Below are positions 25,301 to 37,570 of a stretch of DNA of 64,000 nt, one piece after another. Below the pieces are notes generated by a model, which was not told the DNA's origin, made no database searches, and was given only the letters and a program-made list of their open reading frames with translations. The position numbers and the translations under genes were made by a program. This DNA is from Pelomyxa schiedti (taxonomy: Eukaryota > Protista > Evosea): positions 1-64,000 of the forward strand of contig JAHLWZ010000625.1 of assembly GCA_020536535.1 (NCBI GenBank), in the 5' to 3' direction. Within the stretch, counting starts at the first letter, position 1. Each line of letters starts with the position of its first letter.

Positions 25301-26542
25301 TTATGAACTGCAGACAGAGTCTGTAACAGAAACGAGGTAGGCCGTTGGGAGTGGTTCTGTGCGGGTGTCATTCCATAGACGGGCTCTCAGAATGAGGGAA
25401 CCGGTGGGGGCATCCAGTAACCAAACTTCCAACTGGTTGTCTGCATTTTGTTGTGCTTCCAGAATGAAGGAACCCTGGATTGAGTGGCCACCACCTATTT
25501 CCTGCACAAAGCAGGGGGATTCCAGGCTGTTGGCATTGTACACCTCAAGTGGATTATCGCCAAAGAATTCGCTGGTAGCGGTAATTGCAAAGTGTGAGTT
25601 ATCCATAGCGTAGTAATGATACCCCTGCAGTGGGATTGTTTGGGAAACAACCCGAGACGAAAAGGGAGACGAGAATCTCAGCACGCCAGAATCGGGCACA
25701 GGTAATAGCACGCGGTCTTCAATTGCAGGAATTCCAGGAGAGAGCACAAGCACTGATCTGGCAGTGAATGCACCTATATCTAATTGGGTTCTGTTTGTAT
25801 AAACCAGTGCGCATCCCTCACGTTGTTCTCGCAAGTCAGCAATTACAATTTCAGTCAAACATCCACCAGTCAGTGGATAGCCCATAAGAATGAGGTGGTT
25901 GGAGTCATAAATGAACCTTAACCAAAAGAATGACAGCACACCAGTGGGTTTCAGAATCTTCATGTGAGGCTCCACCACGCCCCACTCTTGTTCCTTGTTC
26001 ACTTTCCAAAGGTGAATGTCACCGCTTGGCTGCGTAGATATTGCAACCCACTTGGAACTGAAGTCAAAGCAACTGCATTTCTCATCACCACAGAGTAAGG
26101 TCCTTCTCGGAATCCCAGGGGTGTTTACATTCCTTAAACTTGGAATAGCAGAATATCCACCCCCATGCAGGATTTGAACACCGCAATTGATCCAACCCGC
26201 GATGCTATTATAGTCTTCTCCCGTTGATATGTATTTCCACCCAGTGACCCCCAATGTCAGAGACACGCCGAATGCAACATATTGCCATCCCGGACTGGCT
26301 CGTGACAATGCGACGGTAACCACAGTGCTGGTCGGAACCACCCAATTCCTGCCAATGGATTCGATCAAGTCGCGGGACAGGCAAGCGGCGCTGCTGCGCC
26401 AACCGCGATTACGCAGAGCGCAGCACGCAAAGGCAATGAATTGTGGGTGGGAGAACAGTACGTGGCCCTCAACCAACGAGTAGTGGTGCACGTAGTGGCC
26501 CTCGAAATTCCCCATTCCTCCTTTCGTGGCCCCTTGCCCCAT
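25301..26542 (-). CDS. Lineage-specific orphan family protein (QFxAF...R motif), single exon, Met-Gly start (possible myristoylation)
   Basis: Long intronless ORF with HPQFIAFACCALRNRGWRSSAACLSRDLIESIGRNW, followed by a beta-rich region. Confidence 0.8.
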   Translation of the reverse strand: MGQGATKGGMGNFEGHYVHHYSLVEGHVLFSHPQFIAFACCALRNRGWRSSAACLSRDLIESIGRNWVVPTSTVVTVALSRASPGWQYVAFGVSLTLGVTGWKYISTGEDYNSIAGWINCGVQILHGGGYSAIPSLRNVNTPGIPRRTLLCGDEKCSCFDFSSKWVAISTQPSGDIHLWKVNKEQEWGVVEPHMKILKPTGVLSFFWLRFIYDSNHLILMGYPLTGGCLTEIVIADLREQREGCALVYTNRTQLDIGAFTARSVLVLSPGIPAIEDRVLLPVPDSGVLRFSSPFSSRVVSQTIPLQGYHYYAMDNSHFAITATSEFFGDNPLEVYNANSLESPCFVQEIGGGHSIQGSFILEAQQNADNQLEVWLLDAPTGSLILRARLWNDTRTEPLPTAYLVSVTDSVCSS

Positions 26543-26598
26543 CTCCTTGAAACGGTTTATGTTCAGGGAAATCTCGAAAAAGGATTTTGATTGATGTG

Positions 26599-27903
26599 AT
26601 GGCGACAATCACCAGTAGGGGTGGGACTGTGAGGATTGTTCTTAATGCACGTGAGCAGTTTGTTGCGTTTGCTCTTTCTTCTCATGTCAGGTGCGGGAGT
26701 GAAAGCCCTGCGCGGGTCATTTTTGCCTACGGCGGACCGCTTCTGCTTAGGTACATGTGGCGTCTCATGTCTGGTTTCAGGCAAACTAGCACTCACCGTT
26801 CAGAGGTAGGCTCATCGGATTTGGGCTCTGGGGAGACTGGCTTTGATTGCTGGAGAGATGGGAGGTGGTGGATAAAGTTCAAGTGCAGAACTGTTGCTCG
26901 GGCATACGAGGCGTGGGCTTGGCGTTGGTGCACGGCCTGGGTGTCACCTTTGTTGTTGGGTGTCATTGGTGATGTTGTGGTGGAGAGGGTGGAAGAGAAT
27001 ACGCAGGGTTTTACGAGATATGGAACAGGTGGGTGGGTTGACCCTGCGCATTTAGTTGGGGTAAGGTTGGAGCCTGATGGGGTGTTTAGTTATCTCAGGA
27101 ATTGTGTCACCGGCGAGCAAAAGCGCCTGTTCAAATGTGGGGATGACACTCTGGCTCAGGAGGTTGCCGGTGGGAAGTGGCTGGTCTGGTGGGGCTCTGA
27201 TGGTGATTCTGACAAATTGGTTATTGTTGACCTGTGGGATCCACGGCCGGAGGAAACCCGCGTAGATTTTCACATCGCTCCAAGAGGGGATGGGAGTCAT
27301 ATGGAAGATAATGCGGCGCTTATAGCAAATAGGTGGGTGTTGGATCGTATAGTGATTTTGACTGTTCCGGAACGGAATGTGCTGGAATTGAGAGAAATTG
27401 ACTTGCCGCTCACACGGGCAACGAATTATATTGTTACAACAGGTATGACAAGGTGTGGGCCAATACAGGAGATGAAGAGTGTGTCAAAAGTGCTATTTTT
27501 CAAGAACTCCTGGGGAATGGAAGCAAATTCATTCATTGGTTTGATTACAACTGATAATGAGGCACAAAGAAGTACTGTAATAAAAATTGATTCCACTGGG
27601 CAGATAGAAAATCTGGAAGTTGGAAAGCGGCTCTCTTTGAGTCAGCTCAACAAATCCCTGTTCGGGGTTGTCAAGAGCAACCTAAAGCATCAAAGGATAC
27701 AGTTCGAAATCTGGGATACAAACAACACAAAAGGTCCGTGGAGAGTGATTCAACTGAATGACCACCAGAGCCTGACCACAGGTGCTGATGGGTTTATTTA
27801 TCAGATTGATTCTAACCCCCAGTGGCAACACCGTATTAGTGTTATCGAGGCAAGTTCCGGTGTTGTTGTTTTTACCATAGAGCACCACTTTTTGTCGTTG
27901 TAA
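26599..27903 (+). CDS. Lineage-specific orphan family protein (AREQFVAF...HVRCG..SPA motif), single exon
   Basis: Long intronless ORF, paralogous in motif and layout to the divergent neighbour at 25301-26542. Confidence 0.8.
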   Translation: MATITSRGGTVRIVLNAREQFVAFALSSHVRCGSESPARVIFAYGGPLLLRYMWRLMSGFRQTSTHRSEVGSSDLGSGETGFDCWRDGRWWIKFKCRTVARAYEAWAWRWCTAWVSPLLLGVIGDVVVERVEENTQGFTRYGTGGWVDPAHLVGVRLEPDGVFSYLRNCVTGEQKRLFKCGDDTLAQEVAGGKWLVWWGSDGDSDKLVIVDLWDPRPEETRVDFHIAPRGDGSHMEDNAALIANRWVLDRIVILTVPERNVLELREIDLPLTRATNYIVTTGMTRCGPIQEMKSVSKVLFFKNSWGMEANSFIGLITTDNEAQRSTVIKIDSTGQIENLEVGKRLSLSQLNKSLFGVVKSNLKHQRIQFEIWDTNNTKGPWRVIQLNDHQSLTTGADGFIYQIDSNPQWQHRISVIEASSGVVVFTIEHHFLSL

Positions 27904-28187
27904 TTTACAGACAAGCAAAAAGAAAGCTATTTTATTTGGGTCCATGATGCTCTCAAGAATCGTTAGTATCAACCAAAGTTGGGTTCCTCTGGAGCATGGA
28001 ATTGTGGGCAGGATGGGGAACCGACCCAGCTCAATCATCATCAGAGAAAGACAGTGGCAGTGGCACAAAAAAATTTCTTTCAGAGGTGCTTGTGTATGAT
28101 GGTCAGACAGGTGCCGCGCCGCTCATGAAAAACCCGTTGAAACTGTTTTCTGTGTTTCCGGACATGAAATATCTCCAATAATAATAA

Positions 28188-30337
28188 ATGGACAGAAGGA
28201 GGCTCGACGCCGACCGCGTGTTGTGTATATCGCGAATTGTGTGGGAGTGCACCCTTAAGTGTCGCCACCTCCCACATCGAACAACTGACGAAGAAGTCTT
28301 CGACTCTGCCGTATCGCTAATGGCAGTGGCTGAAGCTCTGTTTCCCCTCGTGGCACTGGCCTGCAAGAAAGTATCCTCAGAGAATCCCTCTCAAAGCACA
28401 TACTTTTCACTCGAGTGCGCCGGCGCGGCCGGCAGCCGAGCGTGCGTGACGTGGATTCTATCCCATAAGCCCCACAGAGCCATCAACAAGGAATGCCTTG
28501 CGGTGCTGTGGGGACTGTGCGGCGGCGGCCATTTGGAGCTCGCTATGAAACTGGCCGGCTCCCGGCGCGGTTCCAATCTTCCACCCGTTTCTATTGGCGG
28601 TGAGACCGGGACTGAGAATGTAGATAATGGGAGCAATAGGAGTGAGACTGAGGGGTGGGCTGGATTGAAGTGGTGCGGGGATGATGATGATGAATTTGTC
28701 CAGGAAGTGAGGAGTATAGGGAACCTGAACAAATTCGGTTTTTGTTCACTTCTACACAATGTGTGCGGAAATGGGCACCTTGACGTGGCCAAGTGGGTGG
28801 TTTCTAGGTTTGGAATGAAGGAGCCTTGGGAATTTGCTGATTCACTTGCGAGAGCTTTGCATATGGGACAACTTGAAGTGGCACAGTGGCTGATTGACAC
28901 GGTTCCCTTGAAGGACCTTCAGAACTCCAAGCATGCTGACTTGCTGTGGTGTGCGTGTCACAGTGGGAAAGTAGAAGTTGCTGAATGGTTAGAAGCAAAC
29001 TTTCCCGACGCTGTAGAGGCCCGCAGTTCTTCCACAATTTGGTGGTTTACCAGACAGAAAAATATAACAAACACTAACCTTATCAAAATGAGCCAGTGGC
29101 TCGAAGACCGGTCAATTTCCAAAGCAGACCTACAGTCAATTTACAATGAGGAAGTCGTCAAATGGGCAGTTGACTTTTATGGAATCACTGTAGCAGAAAA
29201 TGATTTAATCCATTCAGTGGACTTGGGGAATTTATGCCTTACCAAGTGGTATGTTTTAGAGAAGAATGTCTCTCCAACACCAGCTGTGTTTATTGCAGCT
29301 TGTGGCAACTTTGTTGATGAAGTTCCTGTTGTTCGGTGGTTATCAACTAGGCTTTCTTTTCCACTAACACAACAATACCTTCGCCATGCTCTCTTCCAGT
29401 CACTGAGATCAGGAAACATCAGGATTGCAAATTGGTTGGAAGAAAATTTCCGCATTACGAGTCAGGATAATGATTTTATGACATCCCCAACGACAACTAT
29501 AGGAGAGCTATGCAAAGAAGCGGGGGCTGATGGAGCAGAGAAAGGTATCAAGTGGTTCCTCCAGCACAGCACAAAGGGGATTTTATGGTGTGAAGAGGAG
29601 GCGGCTCGAATTCTCGAAATCTCCCTTAGGAAAAATGAGGCACCAGTGCAACTACTTCTGCTTGACACCTTTGGCCCAGCAGTTTTTCCGTACAACAAAC
29701 ACCGGGACCTCATGAAAAGGATACTGAGAGAAACAGTTTTCTGTGGACTTCCAAAAATACAGAGCCTGATTTCCACTGTTGGACCAGACTTCTTCACCAA
29801 AGCCGAAGTGGCAGAGTCCCTCACAAATGATAACAGAGAAATTTCCAGTAAATCTGCCAAGTGGCTTATAACTCAGTTTGGACTTGCTAAAGAGCATGTT
29901 ACACGAAATAACCACATTTTATTGTGGAGCATGCTATCTCACCGGCACAACAAATGTGCGGAGTGGCTCATCCGGACATTTAATATCTGTCTCCGAGAGG
30001 TTTTGAGTCTCAACATCGAGATGCAAATTAATCCCAACAATAGATGCACTCCCCACCAGTAAACATCTTGTGGGGCAACGTTGTCTCCACGGACTTGGAG
30101 ACATGGAAAGTGCTACTGAGAGTATTCCCAACAGAACTGACCCCACAAATCGTCAAGAAACGCTTCTCGAAGTTCGTTATTGCATCTCCCATAACAGCTC
30201 AGTTCGTAATGCAGCATTTCCCCGGTGCCATCACAACCGAGGAAATCAGCCAAGCATCCTCCTCTTGCCCCTTCCATTTTGTCACTCTGGAGACCTGTTG
30301 CTGGGTGAATTCCCTTCGTTCTTCCCCTGGTTCTTGA
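28188..30337 (+). CDS. Ankyrin-repeat-like protein (lineage-expanded family)
   Basis: 624-aa ORF with LCGGGHLELAMKL, VCGNGHLDVAKWV, ACHSGKVEVAEWL. A 44-nt GT-AG intron (30000-30043) links it to the last exon. Confidence 0.85.
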
Positions 30338-30467
30338 TTCCCAAAACAAACAAAATTAAATGTGGCAGTTTGCGTTGTTGATTCTCAATCTATTACTTCA
30401 ATTCCCAGTGTTGGAATTCTTCGGCTAAAACAGTTTCGTATCGAGCCGCACCCGCACGAAACAGAAA

Positions 30468-31374
30468 ATGACCACCACTAGCACAAAACACCCCGAACTC
30501 GCCAAGTTAGAACACGTAAACGTAGATGACTTGATGACACAAGGTCCTGTTGACAAAGACGGTTACCTCAGCAAGGCACAAACAAAACCCAAAACAAACA
30601 CTTATCACCAAGCAAAAACAAGCGTTTTGTATTTTTGTGTAATTCTTTTTTTCCCAGGAAGGTGGCCACTTCAAGTCTTGGAAGAGACGCTGGTGCGTAC
30701 TACGTGGAGCCACAAGTATCTCTTTATTATTCCATTACAATTACTGCTTTTTGTGCTTACATTTCCTTTTTTTTCCCCCTTCCATCCCCAAAGTGTACTA
30801 CTTTGCAGCTCCACATTCATGCACATGCAAGGGAGCTGTTGTTCTTGACCCACACGCGGAGGCTGTTCCCGGAACCCCTTTCCACAAGAGCGATTCCAAA
30901 CACAACTACTTCAGCCTCAAAACTCGGCAGAGGATGCTCTACATGTGCGCCATCTCCCAGGCCGAGATGGACTCGTGGATATCCACCATCAATCTCATTG
31001 CCAAATCGCTCCTCCAGCAAGTACACGACCGGTCCCTCGTGAACACATCCGGCGACTTACCAACCCCACTGACGCTCTCGTCTTCCACCACTCCGGATAT
31101 CAGTAATAGTCATTCCAGCAATAGCACAAGCTGCGGAAATTCCACTGGGAGCTCATCAAGTAACTCCACAGGGAGGTCTTACAGCGTTTCTGTCAATGCT
31201 GCGAATGCAAATGGTTCAAATGGTGCTAGGTCTAATAGCTTTGGTGCAGATGGCCCTGTGGCTGTGATTCCTTCTCTAGTGGCTATGCCCCTTCCTCTCC
31301 ATGTTCCTCAGTCTAGCACTGCAAAGAGCAAGAAAAAAGCCACAGCTAATGAGGGTGATGACCTGGACTTGTAA
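30468..31374 (+). CDS. PH domain protein
   Basis: KDGYLSK|EGGHFKSWKRRWCVLRG...YYF...FSLKTRQRMLYMCAISQAEMDSWISTI. The first intron (30576-30657) is GC-AG. Confidence 0.9.
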
Positions 31375-31486
31375 CAACTAGCTAGTTGTAGTGGTTTTAA
31401 TTTTTGAAAAACTGTATTCCATATTCCCAAAAGTTTTTGTTGTAGCATAATTGGTGGTAGGTGTTTTTGGGGGATTCTGACTGTGC

Positions 31487-33720
31487 CTATACGGTCTGGT
31501 CAGCCCGGAACTCACGAATGATGACGGGTACAGAGGTAGGTGGCAGCATTCCAAACTCTGTGATGACCATGGAAATGCTCTCAATTGGTGTCACATCATA
31601 CATTAGGTTGAGTATCTTCAAGTTGTCGGGAAGTGTCTTCGCGGGTGTGAGTAGGGAATGGGCAGGAGGAGGGAAGGGGGATCCTGCTGATGTGGGGGTA
31701 ACTCCTAAGCGCTGTCTTGGTGGGTATTGGGGTTGGAATGGCTGGGCAAATAGATGGGGGTCATCCAGTTGATTTTTGCAGAAACTGTCAAGTAGGACAC
31801 TATCTGAGAATTTGTAGGTCTCACAGCATACAATGAAGGGTACTCGGTAAGCTGTGCAGAGGGAAGCTATCATGGCTGTGCCAACCCTGGACATCAAAGA
31901 ACCGTTACTGTACATGGCAAAGGCACCAACAAGAACCTGTGAATTTTGTGAGAATGCAGCTGACATCCAAAATAAATCGAAGTTTACCTTTGTCACGCCT
32001 CGCATGACATAGGACAACGCACGGGGTAACACGTAGGTGCACTTAAGGCCTTTTACACTCAACTCTCGGGCCATAGTAAGGCCTTCACACAGTGGCCTAC
32101 TATCTACTATGACAACACTAAAGTTCTTTCCTAAGCTGTGCGCAGTAAGTAGAATCCGCTTCACTACATGTGAACTGGCATGTGTGAGAATCACGTCTCC
32201 GTTTGCGATTTTCAATACAGCAGTTGACACAATGTTGTCATCAGCCATCAAAATGCGCTTTTGAATAAAATCGTCTATACACTCAAGAAGGTATTTGCGC
32301 TCCTCTTCCACACTGGCCTAAAAAATGTGTAAATGAGTTTCTCGAGGTAATACGAGTACTTTATCACGAGCCAGCCCAATGTGTCTCTTTAAATATTTGA
32401 TTGCATTTCCCATACTTGCTGATATCTGTTCAGAATTGGATAAGTAAAGTGAAACCCGTTCAAAGGTACTTACAGGACGACAGGAAACCATAAATTTGAC
32501 CATCAATTTTATTCCTGGTTCTAGTTCGCGGGAAAGTGTGGATGAGTGGACTGGTTGTGGGTAGGTTGAAATGACTTTCCGGAATGCTGATAGCATAGCA
32601 AGACAGCGTGCATTGGAGCCGAGAATCTATGTCAAATGAGACACCAAAGGAAATTTAAAATGTGGGGTACCGAAAAATTAGCATACTTCAGTCCAACATC
32701 TATTATCGCAGGAGGAATTGGGGATGTTCCTGAAAAAGGAATGCTGGCAGTAAGAGAACAAGTGTGCTGGTATTGAGGCAAGTGGCTAAACAATGTAACC
32801 TAACAGTGCCAAATTCATCAGGGGAATTTAGAAGGTTTCAAAAGCAACCTGTTCGGCATCCTGCGGAGTTGTTACCTTCTTGTCAGCTGGTTTTTTGGCG
32901 GGTTCGTGCTTTTGCTTTGATGCACTATCCCCGCCACTTTCCACTGCAGGTGATGGTGCCTGAGGAACCTCCTTTCCAGCCCCTTTTTGCTTTGATTGCT
33001 GCTGTCTCTTCTGACCCACTTGTGCACCATCCGGCGATGCTGACTGAGCTGCAGACGCGTCCTGAGCTTGTTGCTGCTGGCGCTGCTGCTGTTGCTTGGG
33101 CTTCGGTTGGGTAACCTTTGGCAACTTTGCCTGCTGTTGCTGTTGCTGCTGCTGCGGGCTCTGTGGAGTCTCCCCATGCTGTTGCCTTTGCTCTGCACCC
33201 TGAGGTTGCCTCGCCTCCGGCGCAACAACAACACAAGCCTCTGCATTTGAGGGTTTTTATTGTTAGTGACATCACTGCAACTGCACAACATTTAAATCGC
33301 AGCCACACACCCAAAACAAGCCGACAAACAAAGCATACCATTCGTAGTCGTAACAGATGGGGCCGAGGAAGCGGCGCCAGTCGCCGCCGCCGCCGCCGCC
33401 GCCGTCGTCGTCGTCGTCGCCGTGGGCTGCGGCGTAGCCGGTGCGCTCGGCGTCGTGGCGGAAGCCGCCGTCGTCGAGGGCGCAGGGGCGGGGGCGGGGC
33501 TCGACGCCGTGGTCGTGGTGGCAGTGGCAGTGGCAGTGGTCGTCGCGGCCGCGGCGGCGCCCGAGTCGGCGGAGGTAGTGGCCGCGGTAGTGGTCGCGGC
33601 GGGCGAGGGCGACAGGGACGGGGACGGCGACTGGGGCGACGGCGACGCCGGCGGGTGCATCGGCTTGGGCAGTTCGGTCCATCCCACCAACGAACTCTTT
33701 CTTTCTCGGTTGCCCTTCAT
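31487..33720 (-). CDS. EIF2B4: Translation initiation factor eIF2B subunit delta
   Basis: Low-complexity N-terminus, GSNARCLAML, CRP|ISASMGNAIKYLK, IANGDVILTHASS, VDSRPLCEG, NGSLMSRVGTA, CCETYKFS, LNLMYDVTP, ITEFGMLPPTSVPVIIRE. Confidence 0.95.
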
Positions 33721-33892
33721 TGTCTTCTACTCGCGGCGGCACAAAGGACCCTGTTCTTCTTGTGTACTTTTTAATGTGGTTTCTTTTTTTTTCCTTCGCG
33801 AATCTAATGGGGGGTGCTGGGGGAAAAAAGGGATTATGAAGAAGAGGCGGTGTAGTATGTTGCAATCATTTAGTTGAGGGTGTTTTTGGGAG

Positions 33893-36590
33893 TTAGGAGG
33901 CCAGCTCTGTGAATTCTTTGGTGAATTTGTGGGGGCAGTGGAGCCAGACTCCAGAGCTGTCATCTCCAGAAGCTAGTATTAATGTACCTGGCCAGTCCTC
34001 ACTCGTAACAGTGACAGAGGTTACAGCATCCTGGTGGCACGAAAGAGAAAATAACAGAGGGTCTCCCTTTCGTAGGTCCCAAATTCTGACCTTGTGTGTG
34101 CACTTAGAGTTGCAAACCACCAATTTTAGTAACTTATTTGCGTACTTTGGTGTCCTCACCACCAGTTACTAGCATGCCGGTACTTGTCCAAAAAGGGTAA
34201 TTAGCTGGACCTTGTGGCAGGGTCTTTTTCCCGTGATCCCGTTGAGTCTTGGAAAATTGCTGTTCAATATCAGCTGGATCCACTTGGAAAAATCACTTTG
34301 GGGGGAAAATTGTACATATACATACAGTGGTGCACAAGTACGGAGAGGGGTTTTGATGGGAAGCGAATGTCGAACACTGGAATTGTATTGTAGGTTTCGC
34401 CTGCTATGGCAAGGAAGGTATCGCAATGGCTAATATGACACACATTCAGCATACTCTGAGTACAGAAAGATTCCTGGGGTACCTGATAGAGATACCATTC
34501 ATCTCTGAATGAGCTGTACGAAGAGATGCCACAGACTCATGAGAGCGAAAGTCATAAACAAGTGCCTGGTGGTCCGCACCTCCAAGGACAAATAGAGGAG
34601 AATATCGAAAACTGCAGACACAGGTGGTAGAACGTTGATCGGGCACATATTGTGCATTTTCGGGTCTGCTGTATGGGAAGTACAGTGCACTTGGTGTTTG
34701 AATCTTAAAAAAACCAGAGTTGGTTCTTGAAATTTACTATGAGGATTTACACAGTCTTTATGAGCAACAATAAGATTCTCTGAGTAGAGTCCATAACCAA
34801 AGGCCATTTCAAAAATCCTTTCCCAGAATTAGTAGTGTAGAGTTTCGTGGCTAGCGCAACTCTTCATGTATATCCTTTTCAGCTTGCGGTTCAGTGCCAT
34901 TATAAATATCCCAAACTGCAACACTACAATAAAATGAGTTCAGCACATGTATTCTTCCTCCCACAAACCGGTCATCGTTTCCCGCAGAAATAAGTAAGTT
35001 TGCTTCTGTGTGGTGGGTCAGGATGCGTGATACGGAGGTTTTGTGCTTCCAAATCCTGTGGTTTGGGGTATCAGGGTCAAACCCTAAAACAGATGGGTGA
35101 CTCCACACATCGGTGATAGGCCACACCTGTGGAGTTCCATTTCAAGGGGAAATAAGGCAATGAGAATTACTTTTATTAAACCATCACTCCCTGCAGTTGC
35201 AACCAGTGAATTATCACAAGTCACACTGACCTCATTTACGGTCTTGCCCCCATGACTTAGGCTCCGATATGTTCCTGTCCACAAGTTGTTCAAAAAAGTA
35301 CTATATAAAGTCCAAGGTACCATCTTTGAAGTCAAATATAAATGCTTCAGTTGGTTGATCAATACCCTCATAAATTGTACCACACCCAACAAGATACAGC
35401 CTAGAAGAATTAAAAAGCAGTACAAGGTGGTTTTTCATACTTGTCAGACGGTTTATTGTACAAAAACTTCAATTCAACAATGGATCCACAGTGAATTTGG
35501 GACAAGCTCATTCTTGGAGTGATTTTTTGGTAAACTTGGCAGTATATGTCATGCTGAAACTGAGGTGTCGGAATTTTCTATTCGAAAAGTAAACTGGAAG
35601 CCAGCAGTACATTGATGAAACGACAATCAATGGGGAAAGAATGTATTTACCCCATACTGTGCAGCGAATAGTGTTTGAGGAGTGGAACTTTGGATAGTTA
35701 TATTATCACAGAGAGAGTGCCTTTTGCATCTATTTGTATGTACCTACTAACCGTTAGTGCCGATAAGAAATGAAAGTGTTACTTGATTATGGAGTTGGAT
35801 GACACTCTTCAACATGAATATCATTTCTTTTGCTTTATCCTGCAGCTCACGATTTAGATAGCAAGCTGCAGAAGGAATTGTCACCTCGTCAAAACAGACG
35901 TTTTCAGCTACTTGATGAACCTTGTGACTCCAGGATGGCTTTGTATGTTTCTCGAATCTCGACTTGAGATATGACGGCGGGGAAGTATCTGGGGTCACTT
36001 TCTTATTCCTAGCAACTGCAACTGGAACTGGAACTGGGGGTTTCCGATGCCGTAGGAGTATGTACGCTGAACTGATGAATTGTCAATTGACCTTTTGTAG
36101 GCACGGGTATCTCGTGTAGTCTTGTCCTTGGTGGATTTGGAGTTACTGGAGCCTGATTTAGACATAACAGCGGAATTTGCACAGGAATCAGTGTTGTGGT
36201 GTACAGCAGAATGCAATGTTTTGGGTCTGTAATTTGGTTGCACTTGTGGTTGAGGGGCCGCAGGGCTTATCAGTGGGTCTTTCTTCGCTATAAGAGCCAG
36301 TACCACCTCACACCTGCCGAGAAAACACATGAGCGAGCAGAAAATTGTGGGAGGCCCCACCAGTGCATCGTAGTGGCAACTTCCACATGTTCTGGTGTAA
36401 AATCAGCAATTGGATACAGAGCATTTTCGTAGTGTTTTGCGTTGTCCCTGTCGGTCATCTATGCCCTGGATTAGCAATACAATTTGGTTTTTTCGTCTGA
36501 AAAACCTAAAGAATTGGCGCTCCGTTGTCTGTGGTGCATCGTGTCTCACCGTTGACACAATTTCCCTGCGTCTACGAAAAATGTCATCAA
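33893..36590 (-). CDS. WD40-repeat protein, multi-exon (start uncertain)
   Basis: LVATAGSDGLIK|VW, LLISAGNDDR|SVAVWD, GGADHQALVYDFR, VRIWDLR...HQDAVTSV...LASGDDSSGVWL. Confidence 0.75.
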
Positions 36591-36846
36591 TGAAGGGGGT
36601 AGGACAAGAATTTGGTAAGATCCGTTAACGATTTCTTGTTGACGTTTGTGGTTGGCGGTTCGGGGGTGGCGGTGGTAGGTAGTACTCGCGGATCTCGGAT
36701 CTCACCTCACATCTGACACGTCACGTGACCGTGCTGTTGGAGTTGCGGGGATGTTCTTCCCTTCGGGTGTCCTTTCACTATCAGGCGTGATATGTTATCA
36801 TCGTGTGTTTCTTCCAACCTTTTTCTTTCTTTTTCTTTATTTTATA

Positions 36847-37461
36847 TTAGGCATGTGCCCACAGCGCAGTTGTTTCCGTCGATGACATATCAGTGTACAA
36901 CTCACTCGCTGTAGTATGTATTGATTCTTGTGGTCTTACTGGAGGCTCTCCAATGTAGATTTCCTTACTTTCAGAACCGTTGTACCCGCACAGGTAATAG
37001 TGGCAGTTGCGGCTATGTTTAAACACCATTTCAAAATATGTAGAATGAGCCCCACGCTTGGCATTTTCTTTTTTTTCTTTTCCCCCAGGGTCTGCTGGAA
37101 CTCCCAACCCAAGCAGCTCTCCTGCTAAGTAATTACCGATTCTATCGTTCTTCAAACTAATTGATACCGTAATAGAAGAGGGGGCTGGCCACTTGCCCAA
37201 GGCTTTCGGGTGAGCTGTTGGACCCACTTTCATTTGATTGAGCAGGTTCTAACGTCACCACTTACCCATAAACTAAGTAGCAGCTGAGAAGTTCCGCGGC
37301 AGTCCAAATTGGACCCAAATCCAATGGCGGACTTGTACACAAAGGTTAAAGGGAGAGGGAAACGAAACAAAACAAAACAAAAGTAGCTTCCCCTGAACAA
37401 ATCGATAGACCTGGGTGGGAATCCCAAGCAGTTCAGTGGAAAAAGTACAATATATTAACAT
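36847..37461 (-). CDS. Small spliced hypothetical protein or gene remnant
   Basis: Short exons can be joined in frame by GT-AG introns (LSCYLVYG|GSNSSPESLGQVASPLFYY|AGELLGLG). No recognisable family. Confidence 0.3.
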
Positions 37462-37570
37462 GTTGGGGAAAAAACAGCAGCTAGAACAAGCTGATGATTC
37501 TTTCTTTTTAATCTTTTTCATTTTTTTTTAAAAAAAAGGCACCCACCACGTTTGTTTGTGGTGAGCGCCA

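Noticed and set aside
30000-30062. Frameshift at the end of the 624-aa ORF (and similarly near 61367-61421)
   Set aside because: Both are explained by ordinary GT-AG introns.
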